A DNA stretch of 64,000 bases from an uncultured delta proteobacterium (GTDB lineage: Bacteria; Myxococcota; Myxococcia; Myxococcales; Myxococcaceae): assembly GCA_963771175.1 (NCBI GenBank), contig CAVYSY010000031.1, forward strand, positions 160,001-224,000, read 5' to 3'. Numbering within the stretch: position 1 is the stretch's first letter; every line of letters begins with the position of its first letter. The notes under the pieces were generated by a model. The model ran no database searches. It saw only the letters and a program-made list of their open reading frames with translations, and was not told the DNA's origin. Both the position numbers and the translations under genes were made by a program. Below are positions 1 through 9,900 of this stretch, in pieces.

Positions 1-610
1 CCTTCGTATGCTTCATCAATGGCTCGAAGCGGCCCGCGCGCATCAACTCCACCAACCGCTCATCCCGCGCGAGAATTTCGGTCACGTCCCAAGGAAAGAC
101 GAGGTCCGTTTCCCCCGACTCCTGATAACTGGGGTGAGAGACCAGTGCTTCAAGGAAGCGCGAGTAGCTGTCGAAGAACCGGTCCACGTTCGAGGCGATG
201 GGCATGACCTTGGGGTCGTACTCATAGGTGTTCACGCGTACTACGGGCTGCCTTCCCCACGCATCCGCGAGACCAGGCACGGTGGCATAGGCATGGACAT
301 CGCTACCAAAAACAATCACCGGCTCCCCCAACTCCTTCCAGTAGTTTTCCCGCCACCATTTATTGCTCTCCTCCAACGTGTGTACCTGATCGTCGGATCG
401 CTCAAGCACCCACCCCATCACCTTCGTGGCGAACGTCGCATGTCCCAGGCGGGCGTAGATGCTCGCCAAGATCGGGTCGAAGGGAAGGCCCTCCATCATA
501 CTCCCAGCCCTCAACGGTTCACGGGCAGGCGGCGAGGTCTCCAGCCCCAGATTCAACCGCTGGCACACATCCAACAGCCGCTCCAACCCGGACAGGGCCA
601 TGAATTCCAT
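1..610 (-). CDS. Putative immunity protein (SMI1/KNR4/SUKH-like), partial; runs off the window start and is absent from the ORF track
   Basis: Hand translation from ATG 610 (AGGAGA RBS upstream): MEFMALSGLERLLDVCQRLNLGLETSPP...YDPKVMPIASNVDRFFDSYSRFLE..., open to position 1. Starts 13 bp after the toxin stop; visibly lower GC than the backbone. Confidence 0.7.
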   Translation of the reverse strand, partial: MEFMALSGLERLLDVCQRLNLGLETSPPAREPLRAGSMMEGLPFDPILASIYARLGHATFATKVMGWVLERSDDQVHTLEESNKWWRENYWKELGEPVIVFGSDVHAYATVPGLADAWGRQPVVRVNTYEYDPKVMPIASNVDRFFDSYSRFLEALVSHPSYQESGETDLVFPWDVTEILARDERLVELMRAGRFEPLMKHTK

Positions 611-623
611 CGGTTCTCCTCAT

Positions 624-2510
624 CTAATCGAGACCAGGGAATCGGTTCCGCAACTCGTGCAGTGCGGCCTCCCTGGCTTCTTCGGCAGTCTTCAACAACC
701 CAGGCGGGTCCGAGACGCGGTGGTACCAGGGCTCGAACTGCCTATCGATGATTTCTGCTGCACGTCTCACTTCATCCGCTGTCGGGTTTGGCCGGGCCTT
801 TCGGAACCTCCCCCACAACATGTTGATTTTGCTGTGAACGTATCTTTGTAACATCGCCAGGTTCTTCTCGGCGTTGATGTCCTCGTCGGGAAACAAGTGT
901 GCGTGTTCGAGCTGCCGCCGATGATGGATGGGAAGCCCACTGCCCTTCTCATCCATGATCTTCGCGAACTGCGGGTACAGCTTTTTATAGTATTCGCGAG
1001 CCGTGTTGCGAAGCGTGTCTTTCATCCCCTCACTCAGCGGCTGCTGAATGGCTTGCTCGATACGGACGAAGAGACCCCGCAGAGTCTCGCGCTCGGCACG
1101 GCTCAGGGCCTGCTCGCCTTCCAGCGCCACCTTCTGCCAGAGTTGCTCGAAGATTTTCTTCTCCTGGCCGGACAGGCGCTTGAGCGCGGAGCGCAACCAC
1201 CCGGCCGCCACCTCGGGCTCGCGCCCCAGCGCCCTCGGCACCCACTCCAGCCCCTTCGTCGCGAAGAAGCCCACGCCCTTCCCCGCGATGCCTACCGCCA
1301 TCCAGAGGGCCGCCTCCTCCACCCCCTTCTGCGCCAGCCACGCCGAGCCCTCCACCACACCCTCTCGCCAGCGCAGGAGGATGGCCTCGTGCATGGACCG
1401 GTACCAACTCGGCTCATATGCGAGCGCCGTCGGTGGACGCTCCACCCGGGCGGACTCCACCCGCCCCCGCGCCTGAGCCTCTCCCGGCCGATGCTCGGCC
1501 CCCAGCACCACCCGCACCGTGCGCGCACCCAGCCCCTCGGTGAAAGGCAGCAGCACTGAGACGAGGTGTCCCGCCACCTCGGGGGAGAGGGGCCTCGGGC
1601 CACCTCCCGGCCCCTCGCGCGTGCGCCGCACCTCGCGCAACTCCCACCCGGAGAGCCGGCCGTCCTCCAGTTGCACCGCCAGCTCCACCCGCACCGCGCC
1701 CCCGGCCGGCACCTGCACCGCACCCACCCACTTGCTGGCCGCTTCGTGCAAGGCGTTGAAGGTGTTGGCCGGTGTGCCCTGCTTGTGCACGGGCAAGGTC
1801 CGGGCCTCGGCGGGACGGCTCCCCTGGCGCGTGGCGTCGTAGTCCACCGCCCAGCGCGCCTCCTCGCGCCTCAGCCTCAGCACCACCTCGCCCGTCCGCC
1901 GGCCCGCGTAATCGGCGAAGACACGGCGCAGCAACCGCGCCAGCCCCTCCGTCTCCACCGGCCGCCCCTCGCGCCCGCCCCCGCGCGCTTCCTCGTGGCT
2001 CACCTGAGTCAGCGCGCCCCCTTCCACCCAGAAGGTGAAGGTCAGCACCGCCCCCACCTCCTCCACCCCACTGCACACACCCACCACCCGCGCCAGCGCC
2101 CTGTCCGCCTCGGCCTCTCGCGCCGCCTCCTCGTCCCGCCCCTCGTGCCGCGCCGCCAGCACCAGCGCCTCCGCCCTCGCCTCCTCCACCCGTCGCGCCC
2201 GCTCCCCCACCTCCTCGGGGCGCACTCCTCCCTCCGGCCCCTGCGCCAGCCTCGCGACCGGCCCTCCCTCCGGGGCGAGTCCCTCTCCGCCACTGCCTCC
2301 ACCGCCGGAATCAAGCGGTTGCTCGCGCGGCGCCACCTGGAAGCTCGCGGGCGTCAGTCTGAGGGGAGCCGCGCCCCCCGCCATGCCGCGCCCCCACGGC
2401 GTACCCGTGGCGCAACCCACCAGGAGCAGCAGCACCGCCGGGGACACGGCGCTCAACCCCAGTGGCCGCTGCACATCCGCCGGGCGCGGACCAACACGAC
2501 AGGTGGACAT
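624..2510 (-). CDS. Lipoprotein polymorphic toxin (SitA-like) with C-terminal HNH-type nuclease domain
   Basis: Lipobox LLLLVG-C near the N-terminus; C-terminal motif IHHRRQLEHAHLFPDEDINAEKNLAMLQRYVHSKIN (HH...N...H); followed immediately by a small immunity-like gene. Confidence 0.7.
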   Translation of the reverse strand: MSTCRVGPRPADVQRPLGLSAVSPAVLLLLVGCATGTPWGRGMAGGAAPLRLTPASFQVAPREQPLDSGGGGSGGEGLAPEGGPVARLAQGPEGGVRPEEVGERARRVEEARAEALVLAARHEGRDEEAAREAEADRALARVVGVCSGVEEVGAVLTFTFWVEGGALTQVSHEEARGGGREGRPVETEGLARLLRRVFADYAGRRTGEVVLRLRREEARWAVDYDATRQGSRPAEARTLPVHKQGTPANTFNALHEAASKWVGAVQVPAGGAVRVELAVQLEDGRLSGWELREVRRTREGPGGGPRPLSPEVAGHLVSVLLPFTEGLGARTVRVVLGAEHRPGEAQARGRVESARVERPPTALAYEPSWYRSMHEAILLRWREGVVEGSAWLAQKGVEEAALWMAVGIAGKGVGFFATKGLEWVPRALGREPEVAAGWLRSALKRLSGQEKKIFEQLWQKVALEGEQALSRAERETLRGLFVRIEQAIQQPLSEGMKDTLRNTAREYYKKLYPQFAKIMDEKGSGLPIHHRRQLEHAHLFPDEDINAEKNLAMLQRYVHSKINMLWGRFRKARPNPTADEVRRAAEIIDRQFEPWYHRVSDPPGLLKTAEEAREAALHELRNRFPGLD

Positions 2511-2641
2511 CCCACACCTCCGGGCAAACCACGGGGAGGGGGAACCGTGGTCTCGGGACTACAGGAAGGCCCGGGCTGCCGCGTCAACCCTCTACGTTGG
2601 GACCTTCTTGGAGGACGTAGCAGGAAGGAGGGAACCACCCT

Positions 2642-3560
2642 CTACGGGAAGGACACCCCGTCCACGGAAACACCCGGCGCCTCGCCGTCCTGCCACAGCG
2701 AGAGGGAGAAGCGGCCCCGGGCCTGCGTCTCCGTTGCCTCGGCCTCCACCACCACGCGCTGCCGGTCCAGGCCCGGAGCAATGGGCTCCAGCGGCCACAC
2801 CCGCCGCACCTTCAGCCGCACGCCGCCCTCGCCCACCAGCTCCGCCCCCGCCACCGTCCAGGGCCGCTCGGACACGTTCTGTCACCCACAGCTCCACCGC
2901 CACCACCCCCCGGGCGCGGTAGCTGGTGGCGTCCCACACCGTGAGGGGCTGTCCGGGGCGCTGGGTGACGTCCCTCTCGAACGTCAGCGTACGGGCGGCG
3001 ACCCCCTTCATGTCCAATTGACTATCGGCGAGCAGGCCGGTGAGCCCGTCCGGCCTCCTGCGCTCCCGCTCCAGCTCCCCCTGGCATTGCCGGGCCTGGA
3101 TGCGCTCCGCCTCGGCCTCCCGCCAGCAGGTGCTCGGCACCTCGGGCTGGAGCTCCACGTTCACCTGCGGCTGCACCCGAGCGGCGTCCACCACCAGGAC
3201 GAAGTCCGCACTCGCCGGCACCGTCCCCTCCACGAAGCGCACCTTCAACCGCGGCCGTTTGCCCGTCCCGAGCGTGCCGGAGGGCTGCAACACGAGCATG
3301 TCCTCCAACACCCGCACTCGCACGAAGTGCTCGTGCTCCTCCACCTCCACTCCGGCGAGCGTCAGGGGAGCGCCAAACAGCAGCGTGGTGAGCAGCCCCG
3401 GGCCGATGTACAGCTCAGGCACCTCTGGCGGCGCCTTCGCCCGCAGTGCGATGGAGCGGGGCGCGCCCGCCGCTTCCCCAGGTGGAGTGGAGGGCTGCGC
3501 GGCGGCGGCTCCCGCGAGGAGGACGAGCAGCGGGAGGGCGGCGGGCGTAGAGAAAGGCAT
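2642..3560 (-). CDS. DUF2381 family exported protein (myxobacterial paralogous family), frameshift near 2878
   Basis: Signal peptide MPFSTPAALPLLVLLAGAAAA; motifs PELYIGPGLLTTLLFGAPL, VRFVEGTVPASADFVLVV, SYRARGVVAVEL; continues in the 2642..2875 frame (PWTVAGAEL...RVVVEAEA...VDGVSFP). Confidence 0.75.
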
Positions 3561-3643
3561 GGAACCTCCGGAGTGGTGCACCCTAGCAGGGACCTCCGGC
3601 GTTGAGCCCGGCCTTTCCCACCAGGTCGCGCCCCCGCACTCCG

Positions 3644-5735
3644 CTACTCGAAGCGCTCCACCGCCTTGACGTGCGGGGCGGCGTTGACCCTGGCGGTGTC
3701 TGGTGTACCGCTGGGCTCGCGCACGAGGCCCCGCCCGTAGACCGAGCCCCAGTCCCACGCCTCCACGCAGACGGGGACCGTCTCCCCACCGGGCCGATGG
3801 GCCTCGGTGAAGCGGCCATACACGCGCTCCTTGCCGAAGAGCAGGCGCCCCGTCAGCACCGTGCCCGCCTCCAGCTTCCCCAACGGATCTCCGCAGGCGG
3901 AGTTGCGCGCCCGGCCCCTCCCGCACGGGCCAGAAGCCCGGCTCACGCACGCCAAGAAACGCAGTCCCGGTGTCGTCCCCGATTTCGATGCCCAACCGCC
4001 GCATGGCTTCCTGGGAGCCGGGCGGGCATGCCTCGGGGGCGGGGGTGTCACGCACCTGGGCGCCGGGACAACCGGCGGCGAGCGCGCCCGCGGTGGCGGT
4101 GCACAGGGCCTTGGCGACGGCGTTGCGCACCGTGCCCTTGCGCTGCTGCTTCTCCTGGGTGCCAGAGTCCTGCTGCTGGGTCTTCACGCGCGTGCTGTCC
4201 TTGGCGAGTGTCGCGAAGGCGACGGGCGCGGGAGTGGGAGCCCACGCGGGCGCCGCGCCCCCATCACCATCCAGCGGGCACCACGCGGGCGCCACTTCCT
4301 GGCCGGACAGCGCCCACGCCACCAGCGAGGCGGGCGTGGCCCACAGCACGGGCACGGCCTGGGGTGGCGAGTCCTCCCGAGACGGAGCGGGCGCGAAATA
4401 CAGGGCCAGGGTGGCGAGCAGGGCCAGCGCCCCCAACACCAGCATCCCGCCCCTCCACCCCCGGAAAGTCGTGCGCGGCGGGGCGACGGACGCCACCTCC
4501 GGTACGTCCGCGACCACCGGGGGCGGCTCGCAAGCGGGCGGCACGAGCGCCTCGGCTTCCTCCGAGAGCGGTGCGTCCACTCCCGGTAACGGCTCGGGGG
4601 TGGCGGCCAGCGTGGTGGCGGGCCTGCCGCGCCGGGGCCGGTCCTGCTCGCGGGCCAGCACCCGGCGGTTACGCGCCAGGGCCTGCTCCAGGTTCATCCA
4701 TCCCTCCTGGTGGGTGGTGGCGCCGTCCGGGCCCCACGCCTCGCACAGCGGCACCTCCCAGCTCGCGTCCGCCCCGGCCAGCGCCGACTCCAACGCCCCG
4801 CACACCGCCTCGGCGTCCGGGTAGCGCGCCTCGGGCTGCTTCTCCAGCATGCGCTGGCACACGTCCGAGAGTGCCCGGGGCACACGCGGGTTGCGCACGT
4901 GCGGCGGCACGAGCGCGTCGTGCAGCACGGCGTCCGCCATCTCCGCCTCGAGCACTCCGTCGAAGGGCAGGCTACCGGTGAGCAGCCAGTAGAAGAGGAC
5001 GCCCAGCGCCCACAAGTCGTCCCGGGCGCTCGCCACATAGCCCTCGTCAGGCTGACGCTCGCGCAGGAAGCGCCACGCCTCCGGGGCACGGCATTGCAGG
5101 GAGCCCGGCAACAACCCCCGCGACACCTTCGGCGCCCCGGCGAAGGTGCCCACCCCGTAGTCCACCAGCACCGCACCGCCGTCCGCCTCCCTCACCACCA
5201 CGTTGTCCGGCTTGACGTCCCGGTGGAATACCCCCACCGAGTGGGCCCCCCACAGTTGCGCCGCCAGCGTCAGCACCGCCCGCGCTGCCCACCGGGCCTC
5301 GGGGTTGTGGCGCTCCACCCACACGTCCATGGGCAGCCCCGGCACGTACCCCGTGACGATGTAGAGGAAGAGCGGGCCGAAGCCCGGGCAGTGCCCATGG
5401 TGGCCGTGACTGTCCACCACCACCAGGCCCACATGGTACAGCCGCAGCAACACCTCCAACTCCCGCAGGGCCCACCTCCCCACGTGCGGCAGGTACAGGA
5501 GCTTCACCGCGAACAAGGTGTCGCCGCGCCGGGCCCGGAACACGGTGCCAAAACCGCCCGCCCCCAGCCGCTCCTCCAGGGTGACGCCGCCCACCACCTC
5601 GCCCACGCGCGGCAGGAAGCCCTCTTGCGCCCCCTCCTTCATGAGCCGCCGCAGCACCTGCCAGTGCCGCCGCCGCGCGAGGGCTCGCCGCACCTCCTCC
5701 TGTCGCCCCTCCGTTGTCTGCTCCATGCGCGCCAC
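3644..5735 (-). CDS. Membrane Ser/Thr protein kinase with C-terminal extracytoplasmic domain, frameshift near 3890
   Basis: GAGGFGTV loop, AVK, HRDVKPDN, DYG, APE and DLWALG motifs; TM helix GMLVLGALALLATLALYFA; C-terminus continues in the 3644..4051 frame (LGKLEAGTVLTGRLLFGKERVYGRFTEA...VKAVERFE). Confidence 0.85.
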
Positions 5736-5837
5736 CCCTCAGGTGGGGAACGGTAGCATGACGCCTGTCGTTACCCCGTCCACGCGGAGCGCGGTATCGC
5801 CCTGGCCGTCGAGCCCAGGCGATGCAGCTCCCCCCCT

Positions 5838-5857
5838 ACTTCCGGACGTCCAGAAGT
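5838..5857. repeat. 20-bp near-perfect palindrome ACTTCCGGACGTCCAGAAGT, a copy of the element at 62458/62498
   Basis: Direct sequence comparison; one mismatch to the perfect palindrome; shares the flanks CCCCCTAC and GAGG with the right-end copy. Confidence 0.85.
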
Positions 5858-5914
5858 GAGGTCCACTCGTCGTCGACCACGAGCGAGCAGCGGGCGAGGC
5901 ACCTGGGCGCGGTC

Positions 5915-6721
5915 TCACTCGTCGTAGGACTCGTCGTCGTAGGCCGTGGGGACCGCGTCGTAGTACCCGCGCGAGGAAGGAATCGACACCCGGCTCATGA
6001 GGAAGAAGCCGAGGGCGAAGACAACCAGCAGCGCCACCCCGTAGGTGATGGGGCGGCTGGGGCGCGCGCGCCAGGCCCACAGCCGCTCGCGCCGACGCTG
6101 GAAACCGGGGGCGGCCACGTACTCCTTCCAGGCCTCCTCGCGCACCAGCGCCGCTTCCCCGTCCTGGCCGCCCTGGTCCAGCACCCGCGCCAGCAGCACC
6201 CGTCCCTCCACCGTCCCGGGCCGGGCCACGCGCAGGCGCTCCAGCGCCTCCTTCGCGCCCTTCAGGTCCCCGCGCGCCAGTCGCCAGCGTCCACGCTCCA
6301 GGTCGATGGCCCCCATCTGGTAGGCCGGCTCCACCTTCGAGGCCTCCTCCAGCAGCAGCTCGCCCCGGGCCGCGTCCCCGGCCCCCAGGTACGCCACGCC
6401 GAGCAGGAACAGCGTCCCCACGTCGTCATCGCCCGCCTCCAGGTTGGGCTTGAGCACCTCCACCGCCGCCGCGTACTTGCGTCGCCCCACCCACAGGTCC
6501 GCCAGCTCGTAGCGTGCCCGCCGATCATGCGGGTTGCCCTGCAGCACCCGCTCCAGGTGCGCCGCCCGCTGCCAGCGCTTCAGCGCCCGGAACGGGCTCG
6601 GCAGGATGCCCACGGTGTAGCGGTCCGCCATCCATATGAAGCCCAGCACCAGCGCCGCCGACAGCACCGGGCTGCGCGTCAGCGCGGAGAGCAAGATGAA
6701 GAGGAACCAGGAAGAGCTCAT
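5915..6721 (-). CDS. Membrane-anchored TPR protein
   Basis: Hydrophobic N- and C-terminal segments flanking TPR-like helical repeats (ARYELADLW...TLFLLGVAYLGAGD...). Confidence 0.7.
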   Translation of the reverse strand: MSSSWFLFILLSALTRSPVLSAALVLGFIWMADRYTVGILPSPFRALKRWQRAAHLERVLQGNPHDRRARYELADLWVGRRKYAAAVEVLKPNLEAGDDDVGTLFLLGVAYLGAGDAARGELLLEEASKVEPAYQMGAIDLERGRWRLARGDLKGAKEALERLRVARPGTVEGRVLLARVLDQGGQDGEAALVREEAWKEYVAAPGFQRRRERLWAWRARPSRPITYGVALLVVFALGFFLMSRVSIPSSRGYYDAVPTAYDDESYDE

Positions 6722-6989
6722 GCGCGGCGCGTCATATCAGGCGCCGCGCGCACCATGGAAATCGCTCCTGAGGTGGCGTGGCCTTTCGCCACAGGGGCGT
6801 TCCGCCACGGTCCCTCGCCCGCTCCACGAGCAGTCTTGAATTCTTTGAGCACAAGACGATGGCGAGGGGCCGTCCCTGGATTCGCAATCCAATTGCGTCC
6901 GGTCATAAACTGAACACGTTTGGCGCGCAGGGGGCTCTGGCATTGCACTCGGAGCGCGCGGGCATTCCTCCACCCCACTCCGGGGCATC

Positions 6990-9900
6990 ATGCACACTCC
7001 TCATCCACGACTCCCGGCCGTGCTCCGTCGCTCCGCGACGCGGGCGTATGCGCCGGTCCTGCTGCTCTCGCTGGCGGTGTTGGTGACGTCCGGCGCCGCT
7101 CGGGCTCAGACCCCGTCCGCTGAGTGCAACCCCGCGGTCGCCCCCAGCGAAGACGCCGAGCCCTGCGTGCGCTACTGGCGCGACCAGCGCGGCAGCTTCG
7201 CGCTCGTCGGCAACACGCTCGCGCAGGACTGCCGCCAGACGACGCCCAGACCGCTGGTCGGCAACATGCCGCCCATCTGGACGTATGACCCGGCCGCCAC
7301 GGAGCGCGGCTGCTACGCGGGCAACAGCGCCCCGAACTTCTTCTGGACCCTGGATGACTGGACCGCCGAGGGCACCTCGGCCAGGACCAGGCCCACGCTG
7401 CTTCTCGATAACACCAATGACCCCGCCACCGCCTTCGATTCCCTGAAGGCGCGCAGCCAGAGCGTGCTCGTGCTGCCCGCGGGGGCCAGGGTGACGTATG
7501 CGCGCCTGTACTGGGCGGCCAGCCGGCTCAACCCCTTCGCGGGCGACAAGGCGGAGCCCGACCTCACCGTCATCCTCGCCCGACCGGGCGTGGCGGGCTT
7601 CAGCAGGAATCTCCAGGCCCTGCCCAACGACTGGTCCTTCGAGCACACCAGTTCCGAGACCTACCAATACCAGTCCTCGGTGGACGTCACGGACATCGTG
7701 AAGGCGTACGGTCCCGGCGCCTACCAGGTGAGCGACGTCCAGATCTTCCCGCTGGACATCTCCAAGAGCCAGTACACCTTCGCCTCCTGGTGGATGGTGG
7801 TCTTCTACGAGCTGGACGGCGCGGACAAGCGGCACCTGAAGCTGTTCGACAGCATGAAGGTCGTGCGCGGTGCCTCCTCCACCACGGTGGCCCTCAACGG
7901 CTTCTACGTGCCCACCTACGCGGTCGACGCCAAGCTGGGCGTCATCTCCTTCGAGGGAGAGGAGCCGGACCCGGACACCGATGACTCGCTCGAGTTCAAC
8001 GGCGTGACGGTGTCCGACGACATGAACCCGGCCAACAACTTCTTCAACAGCTCGCGGAGCTGGACGAAGCAGAAGACCGGCCCGGGGGCGTACACGACGC
8101 TCGTGGACACCGACACGCCGCTCGGCGGGCTCGATGCCGGAACCGACGGGGTGCTCGACTCGCTGCCCATCAGCAACAATGATGACCGTCCCCAGCTCTC
8201 CGGCACGGCCAGCAGCATGTCGGGGTTGGACCTGGACGTGGTGGACGTCACGGTGGCTCCCGGCCTCAAGTCCGCCCAGGTGACGGCCATCAGCCGCGTT
8301 TCTGGCGGCGACCACTTCTGGATGGGCGGCTTCGTCACCGCCATCACCACCCAGGCCCCGGACTTCACCAACACCATCAAGTCGGTGAAGAACCTCAGCC
8401 GCGCGGACGGCACCATCCGTCCGGGTGACACCATCGAGTACACCATCAGCACCACCAACGAGGGTGACGATCACTCGCGAGACACGGTGCTCACGGACCG
8501 GATTCCCGACGCGCTGGACTACGTCCCCGGGTCCACCCAGGTGCTCACGGTGGTGGCGAGCGACACCGCCACGCCGGGCTTCAAGACGGACGCCTCTGGA
8601 GATGATGTCGCCGACTACGACGTGGCCACCAAGGTCCTCACCATCCGCCTCGGACGGGGCGCCACGGCCACCAAGGGCGGCCGGGTGGGCATGGGCGAGA
8701 GCACCAGCATCTCCTTCCAAGCGAAGGTCAAGACGAGCGCCATCGGCGACGTGGAAAACCAGGGCTTCATCGAGGCCGGCGGCGAGCTGGGCATCGACCC
8801 GGTGAAGACGCCCACCCGCGCCCCGGATGGCACCGGCCCCACGAAGATCTCCGTCGTCATCGTCCCGCCGCCCGTCATCCTCTCGCCGGCGAACGGCTCC
8901 GTCATCACCAACACGTCGCCCACGTACACCGGCACGGCCCAGCCCGGGACGACGATCACCGTGCGGCGCCCGGACGGCACCGTCATCTGCACCGCCACCG
9001 TCGACGCCTCCGGCAACTGGTCCTGCACGGGGACCACGCCGCTGCCCATGGGCACCAACACCATCGAGGTGGTGGCCGAGGACAACGACGGCAACGTGAG
9101 CAAGCCGGCCACCTCCATCTTCACGGTGGACACCACCGACACCGACGGTGACGGCATCCCCGACGGCCTCGAGGACAAGGACCACGACGGCGTCGTGGAC
9201 CCGGGTGAGACCGACCCGACGAAGACGGACTCCGACGGTGACGGCATCCCGGATGGCACCGAGGACAAGGACCACGACGGCGTCGTCGACCCGGGCGAGA
9301 CCGACCCGACCAAGACGGACTCCGACGGCGACGGCCTCCCGGACGGCACCGAGGACAAGGACCACGACGGCGTCGTCGACCCGGGCGAGACCGACCCGAC
9401 GCAATCCGCGACACCGACGGCGACGGCATGTCCGACGGCACCGAGGACAAGGACCACGACGGCGTCGTCGACCCGGGCGAGACCGACCCGACTAAGACGG
9501 ACTCCCGACGGCGACGAGCACCCCCGCGACACCGAGGCAACGGCATCCCCGACGCCGTCGAGACGGCCACGGGCACCGACCCGACCAAGGCGGACACCGA
9601 CGGCGACGGCATCCCCGATGGCATCGAGGACAAGGACCACGACGGCGTCGTCGACCCGGGCGAGACCGACCCGACGCAAGACGGACTCCGACGGCGACGG
9701 CATCCCCGATGGCACCGAGGACAAGGACCACGACGGCGTCGTGGACACGGGCGAGACCGACCCGACCAAGACGGACACCGATGGCGATGGCCTCTCGGAT
9801 GGTGCCGAGGACAAGGACCACGACGGTGTCGTGGACACGGGCGAGACCGACCCGACGAATCCCGACACCGACAACGACGGCATCTCCGACGGCGTCGAGT

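Noticed and set aside
8..751. Plus-strand 247-aa ORF
   Set aside because: Antisense shadow of the minus-strand immunity gene, which has an RBS and operon context.
2592..5735. 1047-aa kinase-DUF2381 fusion ORF in the track
   Set aside because: Produced by a frameshift near 3890 that bypasses the kinase stop at 3644; DUF2381 has its own GGAGG RBS, ATG and signal peptide.
6921..6936. Possible sigma54 promoter TGGCGCGCAGGGGGCT upstream of the adhesin
   Set aside because: Has GG-N10-GC spacing but lacks the TTGC -12 element; expected by chance at this GC content.
9137..9870. Regular repeats resembling a CRISPR array or DGR template/variable repeats
   Set aside because: Contiguous coding repeats without unique spacers or adenine-specific variation; no cas or reverse transcriptase gene in the window.
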